Source: Tubiluchus corallicola (Eukaryota; Animalia; Priapulida). Taken from it: a stretch of DNA of 64,000 bases. Shown one piece after another: positions 40,337-50,850 of the stretch (positions are counted from its first letter, which is position 1; each line of letters starts with the position of its first letter). The position numbers were made by a program, and so were the translations under genes. A model generated the notes under the pieces. That model was not told where the DNA came from, searched no databases, and saw nothing but the letters and a program-made list of their open reading frames with translations. The DNA lies in assembly GCA_030141605.1 (NCBI GenBank), contig JAQGDQ010000008.1, positions 186,001-250,000 on the forward strand, written 5' to 3'.

Positions 40337-41933
40337 CGTTAGCGACGCAATGGGTAACATAATAGCATTTGAATATTAAAACGTTGGCTTTAAATTCTAG
40401 TTTAAACTTCTTTAATGATAATTTTGCTAATCTGCTTGACAGAAAGCTCCTGCATGACATAATTAGACCCACATTATACCTGATAATGTCCAACATATAT
40501 ATGGACAACAAGAGCCGCAGTCAAGCCCAACGAGAAAATCACAAACGCAAAAATAAACCATTTCAGTCCTCCATCATTTTCATCCTTTTGCAAATTTTTG
40601 GGCTCTGTAAATCGTACAAGAATGCATTAAAACCAGCAAAAAAATTATTCGATAAGGGTGCTGTTGAACACGCAAACAGATTAAACACCTACGTCATTAG
40701 TTTAGATATTTGAGGAAATTTGAATTATTGTTAGTAAAATAGGCCTAGTCCTGTTCACATAATTTACCATACAAAAATAGAAGTCATCGAACAATTATTA
40801 CTATACATATTAAGTTGCAAATGCATTTATATTACTACTAACACAATAATTACGTAGTTAAAAAACAACACAAAACAACTCTATTAAAAAAACTTTTACG
40901 TTAAAAAGTTAAAATCAAACCAAACTTTTCGACTAGTTGCTGTTGTCTTCATCAGTGATAAACTTGCAAACATTAAATCAGTTTATATAAGCAGACTACT
41001 GTGCACTAATTAAGCAGTTAACAGAAGCCAAACAAGTAGTTAATAAACAGACCAGTAAAGAAATTGATACAGCAACTTAAGCACTAATTATGTATTTACA
41101 AAAAGCCAAAAAGGCAATGATTAAGCAGCCTGAAGAAAAGAAATTGATACAGAAAGGAATTGAATTGCTTTGTACATTAACAGAAGGCTTATTAGGGAAC
41201 ATAGGTAAACTTTCTTTTATTAATGTCCCAGTTATTTGTAGCTCTTGTCACAATGCTGAAAATATTAAAATCAGCTTTGTGGCCAGAGGCACAAATATGG
41301 TCATTAATGCTGGACTGAAGAGAATTTTTTAATTTTTCGCCAGTTCTAGAGGAATTATTGCCAGATTTTAACACAATATGCAGCTGAATACAGTAAATAA
41401 TTGTGGTGTGTATGTTGTGGTACTTAAGAGTGAGTACTTATAATGTACGGCGCGTTATCCAGTCCTGCCACAACAATTTATGCATGCATTTATAGTGAAA
41501 CATAAAGTTAAATAAAATACGTGTATAAATATTGAAAAGTTCCAGGTTTCAGCTACACAAAGTTTCAGCTGCAGAAGAAATTTTGAACAGGTCAAATCTG
41601 ACGGAATTTTTTTACCAAACAGGAGAAATCACTGTGTAACCAGTCTAACATGGAGAATCATAAACTCAAAAATGAGAAGGCGCTCAGGTGGTTTCAATTG
41701 TACAAGTTTTTGCCACCAAAATTTAAGCCTCACTCAGAAAAATAACATTTCGTTGCGTCCTCTGCTCAATTATATCCGTATCTGTCTATGGCCACTAACT
41801 AATTGAAGGAGGATGCATAATCGATGTATTAACGGCCGCATTAGTGTAGTTGCTTACCTTTTTTTAACAAGACAGCTTTTTCGGAAATTTCTGCAGATGA
41901 CTCTACGACAGACTTTTTCTCCTCCAATACCAT
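12650..41933 (-). CDS. GGT7: Gamma-glutamyltransferase 7-like (glutathione hydrolase 7-like) type II membrane protein, 16 exons, 639 aa
   Basis: Exons (minus strand): 41933-41858, 32005-31817, 29460-29345, 28331-28180, 27085-26989, 26686-26619, 26505-26432, 23728-23538, 22855-22768, 22083-21950, 21618-21530, 18672-18523, 18211-18115, 13851-13714, 13309-13210, 12810-12650. All GT-AG, 1920 nt in frame. Motifs: TM segment ending IALVMQIVLGDPQ (GGT7-like), [76 protein letters not shown], ADPR. Exon 1 is assigned by ATG, GTAAGC donor and phase match only. Confidence 0.92.
15239..16651 (+). CDS. Glycosyltransferase family 92 (DUF23; beta-1,4-galactosyltransferase GALT-1-like), single coding exon, nested antisense in GGT7 intron 13
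   Basis: 470-aa intact ORF with an N-terminal signal-anchor. Motifs: VFSAY, AVCISPF, YGGQLAALQDCVYR, DxD motif FTDMDEVLFP, RSKLIV, MGIHYV, LLHHY. Confidence 0.9.
   Translation: MTRRKIMKLFYIDYVLMAVLFFLVYLLGDTMRKEHIIPQHQMRHTHLDEVQPEFQLTHATWRNSHSKTSDCDCLATTGYDSYGEKRDTWQQVANKDVVVFSAYHEKRNGRFPVIRIIGVVPFRKKSVNLYCHLINKEDTVIHVSKVKVVVIGEHKYRKYSAAFLLCKTPADLAVKSIGLSPNQYDPHMVILNVHSTASINQTENKMAVCISPFHQYNNSLNVIEIVEISQILGGSIINIYNNSCSEDVSKVLQFYQNDGIVRVINWPLATTLSTQGIRNKYGRVFDIHYGGQLAALQDCVYRNMAQHEYAVFTDMDEVLFPHMHGNWSAMIANLHSQHEKGGSFIFQNVFFKMKNTTNNSAAKTSDIDVFNITVLTNLHRHRYFYPHQRRSKLIVKIRAVEEMGIHYVLSLMPGYHEVNVSSEVGLLHHYNEKHSDNILNSVYDDTACKYEKTLRHAVHSTLSKIKQTTP
22943..23352. repeat. ~215-bp tandem duplication in a GGT7 intron
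   Basis: Two copies of TTCAATATATCACTTAAAGTARAAGTGACCC...CTTACAGACTAAAAAAACAAAA. Confidence 0.9.
24228..24664 (+). mobile_element. Decayed ORF1 N-terminus of a CR1/L2-group LINE
   Basis: Broken frames read MEKKVQNELII.., VEKFYTEDEITETKTVL, RRNSNLKSANRANTDNILTALHK and FPRLEPD, resembling ORF1 starts of this group. Stops and frameshifts are present. Confidence 0.5.
34435..34953. mobile_element. Non-autonomous element copy 1 with CACTAG...CTAGTG inverted repeats
   Basis: CACTAGCCACAGTAGGACA at the left and TGTCCTACTTCGGCTAGTG at the right. Homologous along its length to 35847-36256. Confidence 0.7.
35847..36256. mobile_element. Non-autonomous element copy 2 with CACTAG...CTAGTG inverted repeats
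   Basis: CACTAGCCGAAGTAGGACA / TGTCCTAGTTCGGCTAGTG, plus an inner inverted pair GTACATGGGCTAATCCAAGTAGG / CCTACTTGGGCTGCCCATGTAC. Confidence 0.7.
36454..36720 (+). mobile_element. CR1/L2-type LINE ORF2 fragment (C-terminal to the RT core)
   Basis: WLKANKLTLNYKKTKFILF...IKYLGIHIDDKLNWNSHI. Confidence 0.88.
37920..39250 (-). mobile_element. Decayed CR1/L2-type LINE reverse transcriptase fragment
   Basis: NYRPVSLLPFFSKFLER, NQFRFRNGCSTE, LSKAF, VAQGLILGPLLFLIYIND and YADDT across frameshifted ORFs 38346-39113 and 38039-38365. Confidence 0.93.
40258..40333. repeat. (TA)n microsatellite
   Basis: Pure TA run of about 75 bp. Confidence 0.97.
40880..41375 (-). mobile_element. 3' remnant of a Penelope-like retroelement (GIY-YIG C-terminus plus pseudo-LTR)
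   Basis: SSRTGEKLKNSLQSSINDHICASGHKADFNIFSIVTRATNNWDI, then frameshifted NKPSVNVQSNSIP. This matches the SAI.DH...GH..DF..F.I / KPSLN tail of Penelope endonucleases and is followed by a hammerhead motif. Confidence 0.8.
40906..40965 (-). ncRNA. Minimal type I hammerhead ribozyme (Penelope-associated, possibly degenerate)
   Basis: Minus strand: AAGTT-T-ATCA CTGATGA A GAC-aacagcaacta-GTC GAAA agtttg GTT TGAT-ttt-AACTT. Both core boxes are present, stem II is GAC/GTC, and stem I is ATCA/TGAT plus AAGTT/AACTT. Confidence 0.65.
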
Positions 41934-41965
41934 GATGTGAGCAGCCAGCAGTGAAATCTCAGCTG

Positions 41966-41979
41966 GTTGCCATAGAGAC
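41966..41979 (-). promoter_or_regulatory. RFX X-box-like motif just upstream of the GGT7 start codon
   Basis: GTTGCCATAGAGAC (reverse complement GTCTCTATGGCAAC), ~33 bp 5' of the ATG at 41933. Confidence 0.5.
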
Positions 41980-42511
41980 GAAACAAAGGAATCAACAAAG
42001 AAACTTGCACGACCGAATTTAGCTACATATGCTAAACAAAAAGGTTAGATATGATAATTAAGTGAAAAAACTAAACCAATTATATTTTATTTTAGTGTTT
42101 CGACTCCAACAAAAATGTTCTTATTTTGGCTGTAGATTCAGATTCAGACCTATTCTAATTTTTTTTCTATTTTTGTGTGTTAGCTTACAGTTTCGACAGT
42201 TCTTCTATTCCTACAATATTACTAATAGGTGGTCTGTGTCAGTTTCCATTGTTTTCATAGACCTAATAATAAAACTAATTATTATTATTAAACGGCACCA
42301 CTTTACTCCACTTAAAATTGTTAATACTGAGTAGGAACAAATTTGGCATGTTTCTCACACAACATGCTGTGACTGAGTGAAATAATCTACCCTCTGAAGT
42401 TGTAAAAACTAATTAAACATGTAAATCTATAGGCTAATCAAATAGAAGATTTGTAGACAAGGCTGAGGAGATCCCAGGGACCTTAAAACAGGCCAGAGAT
42501 GGTCCCGTTCT

Positions 42512-43518
42512 GAATGAAGGTAAAAATGGCACAGGTAGAACTGGCACAGGAAAAATGGCTCCGTAAAAGTGGCACAGGAAAAAAGACACAAATAGAAAAT
42601 TAGGTAAAAAATGGCACACGTAAAAGTGGCACAGAAAAATTGAAACAGGAAAAAATGGAATGACAAGAATGGCACAGGAATAAATGGCACACTTAGTAAA
42701 ATATGTGCTTAGAGATACAGTGGGGGATAATTTAGGTATTTTTACTTCTACCAAGGAAGTCATCCTTCAAAACAACTTGTTCGTTTGTTTGTTTGCTTGA
42801 CTGCTGGTTCCCTTGGTTTTTTGTCTGTTATGGCAGTAAGGCTATTACGCGAAACCTATCTCATAGATTTTCCAAGAAAATTTATGAAAAAAGGTGCCAA
42901 AATGGCAATCTTTTCCCGGTTCTTTTTTGCAAAACTTGACCGAATACCAAGTACAAAAAAACGGGAAGCATTTCGTGGAGGTCTTGGAGGGAGTGCTTTG
43001 TACTTCTTTTTTGTCATCTCCACCTGGACAAACATTAACGAGTTAGTTCCAGTTCCATTTCGTGACATTCTTGTATGTGTATGTGTTTTTGCTTATTAAT
43101 GTGTATAGCCTCATAAGGTAACTTGGTATGTATATATTTGTCAGTCTATTACCATCGCCAAAATTAATGGTGAAAAGGTACATAAATGCAATGTGCAACA
43201 TTCGTGCATTATTCATTATGAACCCATTTGATTAACTAATAATTTGTGAGTCTTTTGGTAATCTATATAATACCAGTACAGATAAATTTATGTATGTTTG
43301 CTTCTTTATCTTCGTGTTAAAATTTTTGAATCAAATGAATCAGATGAATAAATTTAGGATTGTCTGGCTTTGGCAGAGATCTGCTTCCTACTGAGCACAT
43401 TCTAGTTTTATTATGGAAATCAAATGCATCAAAATAACATATGTGCCATTTTTACTGTGCCATTTTTACCTAGTTTCTCATTTGTGCTATTTTTTCCTTT
43501 GCCATTTTTACATCGCAC
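42512..43518. mobile_element. Mutator-like foldback non-autonomous transposon, copy A
   Basis: Left arm of tandem GGTAAAAATGGCACA units and right arm of inverted GTGCCATTTTTACC units. Flanked by the direct repeat CCCGTTCT (42504-42511 and 43519-43526). Confidence 0.8.
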
Positions 43519-44309
43519 CCCGTTCTTGCTGCTAGTAGATCTAATAGCACTTTGTCGGTGATGACAAATTTAAAATAAATTAATACAAACATAACTTAAA
43601 TCGGCATCATTTTCATCATTGCTCATCACCATCATCGTTAAAATCAGTTTCTCAGCCAAGGCATTTTCCAGATACAAAAAAATCTACCATATACTGTATA
43701 AGAGAACTCCGTTGTTTGCTACACAGCCAATGCATTTTCCAGATACAAGAAAATCTACCATATACTGTATAAGAGAACTCTATTGTTTTTTTATCTGTAA
43801 TTAATATTTCTAAATACCTGTAACTCAGTTGTTTACTCAGTGCTGCACACCTGCAGATCATCAATTCCTTGTTAGATTGTTAACAGTCATAGTTCTAATT
43901 AAAACAAATAGGTCTCAGATACTCAAACACATCATGGATGATAGACATGAATTGTATTATAGATAATTTTCTGCATAGTGGTAAGACGCATGTTAAAAGT
44001 ACATTTGAAATACCCACTACCTACTAGCCCTATACTCAATAATTAGGCAATATCGCGAATCTTCCATTAGTTTTTGAAATATCAAGTTGCGAAGATTTTT
44101 CAAGGTTGTTTGTTTGATGCAGTGTCACCTTGGACCGCTTCAACCCTGAAACAAAATAATCTTTTTAAAAACAGAGCGGAAATTTGGAAAAAATTAATGT
44201 TGATGGTTCGCCCAGTTAGATCGAAATTTGTGTTTTAACAATTATAATGCTAGGTGTTACGGCGTATACTATAATACTGTTGTGAAGCCGGCCAAGAAGT
44301 CCTGGCCCA

Positions 44310-47300
44310 GGCCCGGTTTCGCGAAGCCATCACTTAACGCCGTCACTAAAGCTGTCACTAAAGCCGTTTAGTGATCGCTTAGTGACGTTGTCGCTATTGC
44401 GTTTCACAAAACAATATCGTTAGAGCGTCACTAATAATTAGTGATCGTCTTGAGGAAACTGCTACAGGAAGTTCATACTGCACATGCGCGTACGACAGAA
44501 AACAACATAAATAACTACTAGGGTGAGAATTCGATTCAAACGAGTTTTTTAAGTTCGAATTCGATTCGAACCTGAAATTATAGATTCGAATAATTCAGCA
44601 CTCCAGCCACACACGTTCTTTATCATTAAAATATCTGAAACAGTATGCAATTAGCACAATTTAGCTGCAGTTTTTGTGCAAAACTTTTAACAAACTAATG
44701 GCGGTTTTACTGCAGAACAAAATCAAGTGATATGCATGATCTTTGTAAGACCACTTTTTACTAGTGGTTCGAAAACTGGTTCGAAAATCGTTCAAACTCA
44801 ATTCGAACTCGATTCGGATTCGAAATACTGAAATTCGGTTAGATTCGAATTCGAAAGTCACAAATTCGATTCGATTCAAATTCACTTTCTGGTAGAAAAT
44901 GCTCACCCCTAACTATGCAGAGCCTGACCAAACTGGGAATATGGTTTCGCGGTACTGTTATTAAATACTTACTTCGCCTTGCGTGCATAAAAGCTATAAT
45001 AATCTACATTATAGTACAATAATTTCTGATGTACTACAATCGCATTTGTTCATTAAATAATTTTCTAATATAATTTGACATTAGTGCGTTTATGTTCCCT
45101 GTTTTATCACATTTATTTTGTAACTTACAAACATAATGCCAGGATGATTTGTTGCATAAATTATATTAGGTGGGGCAAATACTTGGGCAAATTCTCGAGT
45201 CTACGAGATTCTCGATTCATTGTAAGTCTGGTTAACTAAGTTTAGCATATGTTAACATGGCTCTGATCGCGATCACGTAGCCTTAGTACATTAACTTCAA
45301 TTTATATTACAGTCACTCCTCCGGTACTTTTTGTTTGCAAGTAACTGTAAGCTATAGATGAATTTAAAACCACCAATTTTCGAGGTTAAGGGACATGTTG
45401 GTTTTAAAATTGTAAATTGTATCGTGTCTTTATCTAAATCAAATAGTATAAATAAATTATCGTGATATTTTAATGACGAGTTTATATCATTAATCTGATT
45501 TCACCTTTAATTATTCTAACTTTCGCAGACAAACAAATCAAGCCTCTCCTACTGCAGTTATTTGCAGCAGGATAAATGATGTTGCTCTGCGCACGCGCCG
45601 AAAAAACGTTGCTTTTTATTGTATTACCTCAGGTTAAATCTGTGCCTCTATAAAAATAAACAGATATGCTGTCATATTTCATTAACAAATAAACAACAAT
45701 GCCGTATAGGCCAAGTTTTCACAAAATAATATTAGGCGGCAGGCCTATATTCTCCTGCCCCATATTAGGCAACAATGCAATTAATTCAATCTAAACTGAA
45801 TAACAGGGGATAGTGCAAAAGAGCGTGACGTAGAATCTGATCTTCCCAAATGATCCGACAGTTGTTGCAGCAAGTTCAAAATGATTTGCCTTAAGAAATA
45901 TGTTGCAATTAGTGCCGTGTATTCAAATGCAAGAGGATCTTGCCTGTCTCTTAGTAAACGTGAACTTAAGATGTCTCTTTCAATTAATAAAAAGTCTGCC
46001 ATATTCTGCCATTCATGGACCATATACAATTTTTATACATCGTTAGACTTAAGTGAATGAGCAAACTGTGATTAAATTAAGTTTGACAGAAAAATTGATA
46101 TCAAACAAATTCTAAAAAAGAAAGCTATAAATATTCTATAATGTTCTGGGACGATGAAGCTAAGTGAATTAAATTTACAGGGCGGAAATCATCAAACTCA
46201 GAGTACTATACACGTGTATATTATACTGTTTCAATTATAATGATCATGTTAGTGATCGCTTAATGACTGCTCCCTGTTCGTCACTATTGTTGTCACTAAA
46301 CACATGTGATGACGTCCTTAAAATAGTGACGGCTGCGATGGTCCCCCATCTAGCAGATTACTGCCACTAATTATTTTTCACTTTAAGTATTAACCTAAAC
46401 GGTATCACGAATTGTTTACCTAACGATTGATAATATTGATGTATTGATTTAATGTTTCAAGCTTGTGCTGCCATCTTTAGTCGAAAGTAGCATTATTTTT
46501 GACGAAGTTACCATTAATTGAAGCCATTTTCTGTTAAGCTACCTTAAATATGTAATTAGGCAGAAGAAGATGAAATTCGTTTCGTTTCAACATCACGTTT
46601 ATTTTTCAAAAAAAATATGTTTAGCAACAATTTTTTCCATGACAATATTATGTCCAAGTTTGAACAAATGTCAAAACTTCGTCGCTGCACTATTGAGGTC
46701 ACTTCACCCAGAACTCGTTTCTGATTGGTCGGCTAGCTTTCGAGGCCTGGATATTAGGCATATTGGCCTACGTGGCAGGGTAGAATGAGCGTGTCGGAAA
46801 AATGGTCAGATATAACTATATCATGGTTTCTTTCATATGGTGATTGAACGAAAAATGGATGGTTTGTTCATTATTATGTTCTTCATATTCGTTGGTGAAC
46901 GATGTTCTTCTTTTGCTGGTGAAACCCCGTCAGTTACGCAATTGCTGAGAGACATTTGTTAAATTAGGCATTCATTACACAGCCTAATTACCTTTACGTT
47001 AGATGAAGATACTGTCACCTGTGACGTCACGTTTGATGGTCTAAATCGCTCCCGTTCTGCGTGGGAACCCGGAGGAGATGATCTTCTCATCATCCGATCT
47101 CAAGAGACTCCATTCTGTGTCCTGCCAGTTTGATGGGAAGCTGTGGAGACTTCCTGGAAAAGGTTACCAGCTGCCCACGAAATAGACTGAGAGAGACGCT
47201 AACTTAACCATCTTCCACTGGAGACCGAATTCTGCTGTATTACTACAACGTGCGTGAGGAAGGACCGGTCCTACCCAAGTACTGGAGAAGACCTCGCCTT

Positions 47301-47558
47301 GGTAAACTACTATTTTGTTAATGTTGTTTGCTGAAAGACTGTTTTTTTATAATGTCCTGTACAATGTTCGATCTGCAAATTAAAATAACAATTCTGACAC
47401 TTACCTGTAAAAGCATAAATAATTTGCAAACATGTTTTATTGTCACAGGATGTTACAACGGCTTTGTGAAGCGCAAACGCCAACAAGCTCGCTAAAATCG
47501 CTACTAAACTGATAATAACGACGTCCTTAGCTTAGTGACGGCTTTGTGAAACCGGCCC
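44310..47558 (-). mobile_element. Decayed PIF/Harbinger DNA transposon
   Basis: TIRs GGCCCGGTTTCGCGAAGCC / GGCTTTGTGAAACCGGCCC with CAG at both ends and repeated TTAGTGA/TCACTAA subterminal motifs. Internal ORF 45781-46029 (RLLRDRQDPLAF...SRSFALSP) resembles the Harbinger transposase N-terminus. Confidence 0.82.
44519..44911. mobile_element. hAT-like MITE nested in the Harbinger element
   Basis: TAGGGTGAG...CTCACCCCTA ends, inverted arrays of TTCGAAT/ATTCGA motifs, imperfect 8-bp flanks (ATAACTAC vs CTAACTAT). Confidence 0.65.
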
Positions 47559-47674
47559 CAGGATTGAAATCTGGAACATTCTCAAACCATGTTACTGATG
47601 CATTTGAGATATGAACTCAGAAATTTAAAAAGTTTCTGCGTTCCTCATGCTAATCATACTTACGGAACATATAC

Positions 47675-48467
47675 TGTCACGCACCTATCAGTCTGTTTAC
47701 TGAACCGACGACGAGGCGACGTGGCCATTCCATACCAGCTTCTTGTACCTGCTACGCAGTGCTGATATGCAATTGTTTCGTATCGTATCGAACCATCACA
47801 AAACAAAAGGGGATTAAAAACAAATAAATATTTGTTAATATATATAAGTAAAGAGAATCGGTAAAATGTTAAAAATATATGATTAATGGTTCGGTAATTA
47901 AAGATGTTATACGATTAATGGTTTGATAATTAAATATGTTATATATCTAGAAAGGAAGCCAGACTGCTGAACACGAGATTAAGGTGCGGCAGTCACGTGA
48001 TGGCCTCTCCACTAAGATTCCCGAATATGGAAGTGGCCATTCTACACCGTCAGGCTGGCGCCAGTGCAATGCCCGTTTTCCCCGTGCATGCGCCGCCAGA
48101 CTGACGCCACGGAGGAAGCCAGGAATTCAGGGAAGTCAGCTAGGGAAATCAGATCAGGTCAGGATCTCAGGAGAGGAGGCTGGACAGGTCAGGGGGCTTG
48201 GCAGAGCTATGATATGTGTATTCTTATATAATATGATATTGTGAAATATGTTAGTTGTCATCAATCCAGATCTTATAGCTTTGTCATCACCTCACGCCAA
48301 TAAACAGCTACTGTCACCTTCATAAGTACTATCACTATACAAACAAGACTGTTAATTTTACTTATATATATATATATAAGTTTACTTATATATATATAAT
48401 TTTACTATATATATATATATATATAAGTAAAATTAACAGTGTAATATATATATATATTACAGTGACA
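47675..48467. mobile_element. Probable solo LTR
   Basis: Starts TGTCAC, ends GTGACA, has a GC-richer interior and AATAAA near 48299. No clean target-site duplication. Confidence 0.4.
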
Positions 48468-49049
48468 TTTCGTCTCCGTAACAATACTATAATAATTTTC
48501 AAGGTATTTTTACAATTGAAATGGTAAACTAGGCCCTAGCATTTATTCAAAATAAACCTATAAACTTATGCTAATTAGCGCAATACTTGGCAAACTGCCT
48601 AACACAATTAACAACGTTAAACTGCTGAAGCTTCATAAGACCTCTGCTAGCCAGTAGTTACATTAAAGCTGCCAGGAAAAATGCAGTAATGTAGTAATGA
48701 TAATTACATTCACAGAGGATCAGTAGGCATGAGCTTAATCTCCCTAAAGGAAGATAGTGGATTCCAGCTTATATAAAAAATCTGTGTTTAGCACTAATTA
48801 AAAAATACTTAGTGAGCAGTAAGGTCTGCATTCTCTTTCTTGATTTGACCTATATCAACGCATTAGAACTGTGTGTCTTACAATAATTACCAAGACTGAA
48901 ACCTAAATATTTATCGGCATTGTATTGGATGCATATCTAAATATGTGTACTGAAACCTAAATATTTATCGGATACAAACCCTGCATGGAAAAAGGCAGTA
49001 AGTAAATGGTATAAAATTTCGAGACGAATTTTTAAGCTTTATGTAAGTG

Positions 49050-49450
49050 GAGAGTTTTCTTGTGCTTTAACGCTGCTGATAACAGCAATCTTGCCAATAA
49101 ACTACATGAAGCACTGTCTGGAAACGTAAATGAAATTAACAAATTTATGGGAGCTGAGGTACAACATGCCATTAAGAAGCTAGCATTAAATAGGTCAGCT
49201 GGACCAGACAGTCTAAAATCAGAACATTTTAGATATGCATCTCACGTGTTACCAGTTTTGTTCGCATTGTTTTATAACTCTTGTATCACTCATTGTTTCT
49301 TGCCAGACTCACGAATGTTATTAGTAATTGTGCCACTTATTAAAGACAAAAATAGAGATATAACAGGCAGAAATCATTTCAGACCCATCGCTTTATCTTC
49401 TGTCTCTTTTTAGAAATTATTTTTAGAAAGTAAATTTTTAGAAATTATTT
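49050..49450 (+). mobile_element. Non-LTR retrotransposon (LINE) ORF2 fragment
   Basis: AIKKLALNRSAGPDSLKSEHF...IVPLIKDK...HFRPIALSSV. Confidence 0.85.
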
Positions 49451-49479
49451 TATTGACTCGTTATGATGATTGGTTACCT

Positions 49480-50610
49480 GTCACACCTTCTGGTAAGAAG
49501 CTGAATGAGAAGCATTTACGTGTATTTCGCTGTGTTGCTTATGCCTTAAAACCTGATATCGAACGGAAAAAATGGATGCCAAGTCTGAGAGAATGTGATT
49601 TATTGGATACCGATTACACAAGGAAAAGAAACGTTGTGTGGTTGTAGGACGTGATACTGTATTTAATAAAACTGACTTTGGTCTAAAGCTGTCTGTTGCT
49701 GATCCTGCTGAAAAAGTTGGAAACAATGAAATATCGCAACCCAACAAACAGCAGCATGGCAAACCTAATCTAGAAGTTCAAGAGCCTGTGCCTCATTCTT
49801 CTGCCGAAACAAATGCTCGTCATCGACCTTCGTGTCAAGTTAAAAAGCCTAACCAACTTGGAGAATGAGTTGAAGGAGATGAGTTTGAAAATTTGAATTG
49901 TCTTGGTGCTACTAATTCTGACATAAGACATTTTCTATATTTTCATAACGTTTGTGAACTGAGAATCATCGACGCAGCATTAAAAACACCTGAAGCTGTA
50001 AATGGCAATAAGCAGCTGATGAAGAAATAAAATCACTAGAAACTATGAACACTTGGAAATTAGTAAATTTGCCCTAAGGTAAAAAAAACTGTGGATTGTA
50101 AATGGGTGTTTAAAATTAAATATATACCAGATGGACAAACAGAGAGATATAATGCACGTATAGTAGCCAAGAAGTACTCACAAAAACCTGGAATTGATTT
50201 TAATGAGACTTTTGCACCTGTTATGATACTCAACACTTTGTGTTTACTTCTCGCATATTCTCTGTAGAACATGAAAAATGATACATCAAATGGATATTGT
50301 TACAGCATTTTGAACAGTAAACTAGAAGATCAGATATACATGGAACAACCACCTGAATTCATTAAGAAAGGACAAGAAAATCTATGCCAAATGCAACGAT
50401 CTTTATATGGCTTAAAACAATCTCCCAGCTGCTGGAATACAACATTCTGTAATTACATGAAAAAACTTGGTTTAGTTCAGCTCAAATCAGATAACTGTGT
50501 TTTTAAAAAAGAAGAGCCTTATTTATTTCTCTGTATGGTCTTGTCCTGATCACTGAAAGTGATCAAATTATGAAGCAAACAAAAGAGGACTTGATGAAAC
50601 GTTTTCAAAT
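49480..50610 (+). mobile_element. Decayed Ty1/Copia pol fragment (integrase C-terminus to RT)
   Basis: HLRVFRCVAYA, VDCKWVFKIK, YNARIVAKKYSQKPGIDFNETFAPV, IYMEQPPEF, SLYGLKQSPSCWN, with many stops and frameshifts. Confidence 0.92.
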
Positions 50611-50850
50611 TGTTGTGGAGATAGCTGGCATCTATTAGAATTAAATAGGGAAAGATCCAGTGCTAGAGTCATGCGCTACGTCCGAGAAGGATGGCCGCCC
50701 AAGCACACTGAGATCAACAGAGAAGTCGAAAAGTTCCGGAAGTTGTCGGATTCACTCAGTATCTGCCACGGATGCCTTATCTATGGATCAAGAGTTGTGA
50801 TTCCACAGAGCCTGCAGTCCAAGATGGATCTACTGCATATCGGGCACTTA
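50611..50850 (+). mobile_element. Short fragment of a separate Ty3/Gypsy pol (pre-integrase region)
   Basis: MRYVREGWP...LSICHGCLIYGSRVVIPQSLQ..LLHIGH, GC-richer than its neighbours. Confidence 0.8.

Noticed and set aside
40133-40511. ORFs with YIYIYI runs
   Set aside because: Translation artefacts of the (TA)n microsatellite.
44036-44145. Acceptor-preceded short minus-strand reading frame
   Set aside because: It cannot be linked to any gene; the GRL already terminates at 55612.
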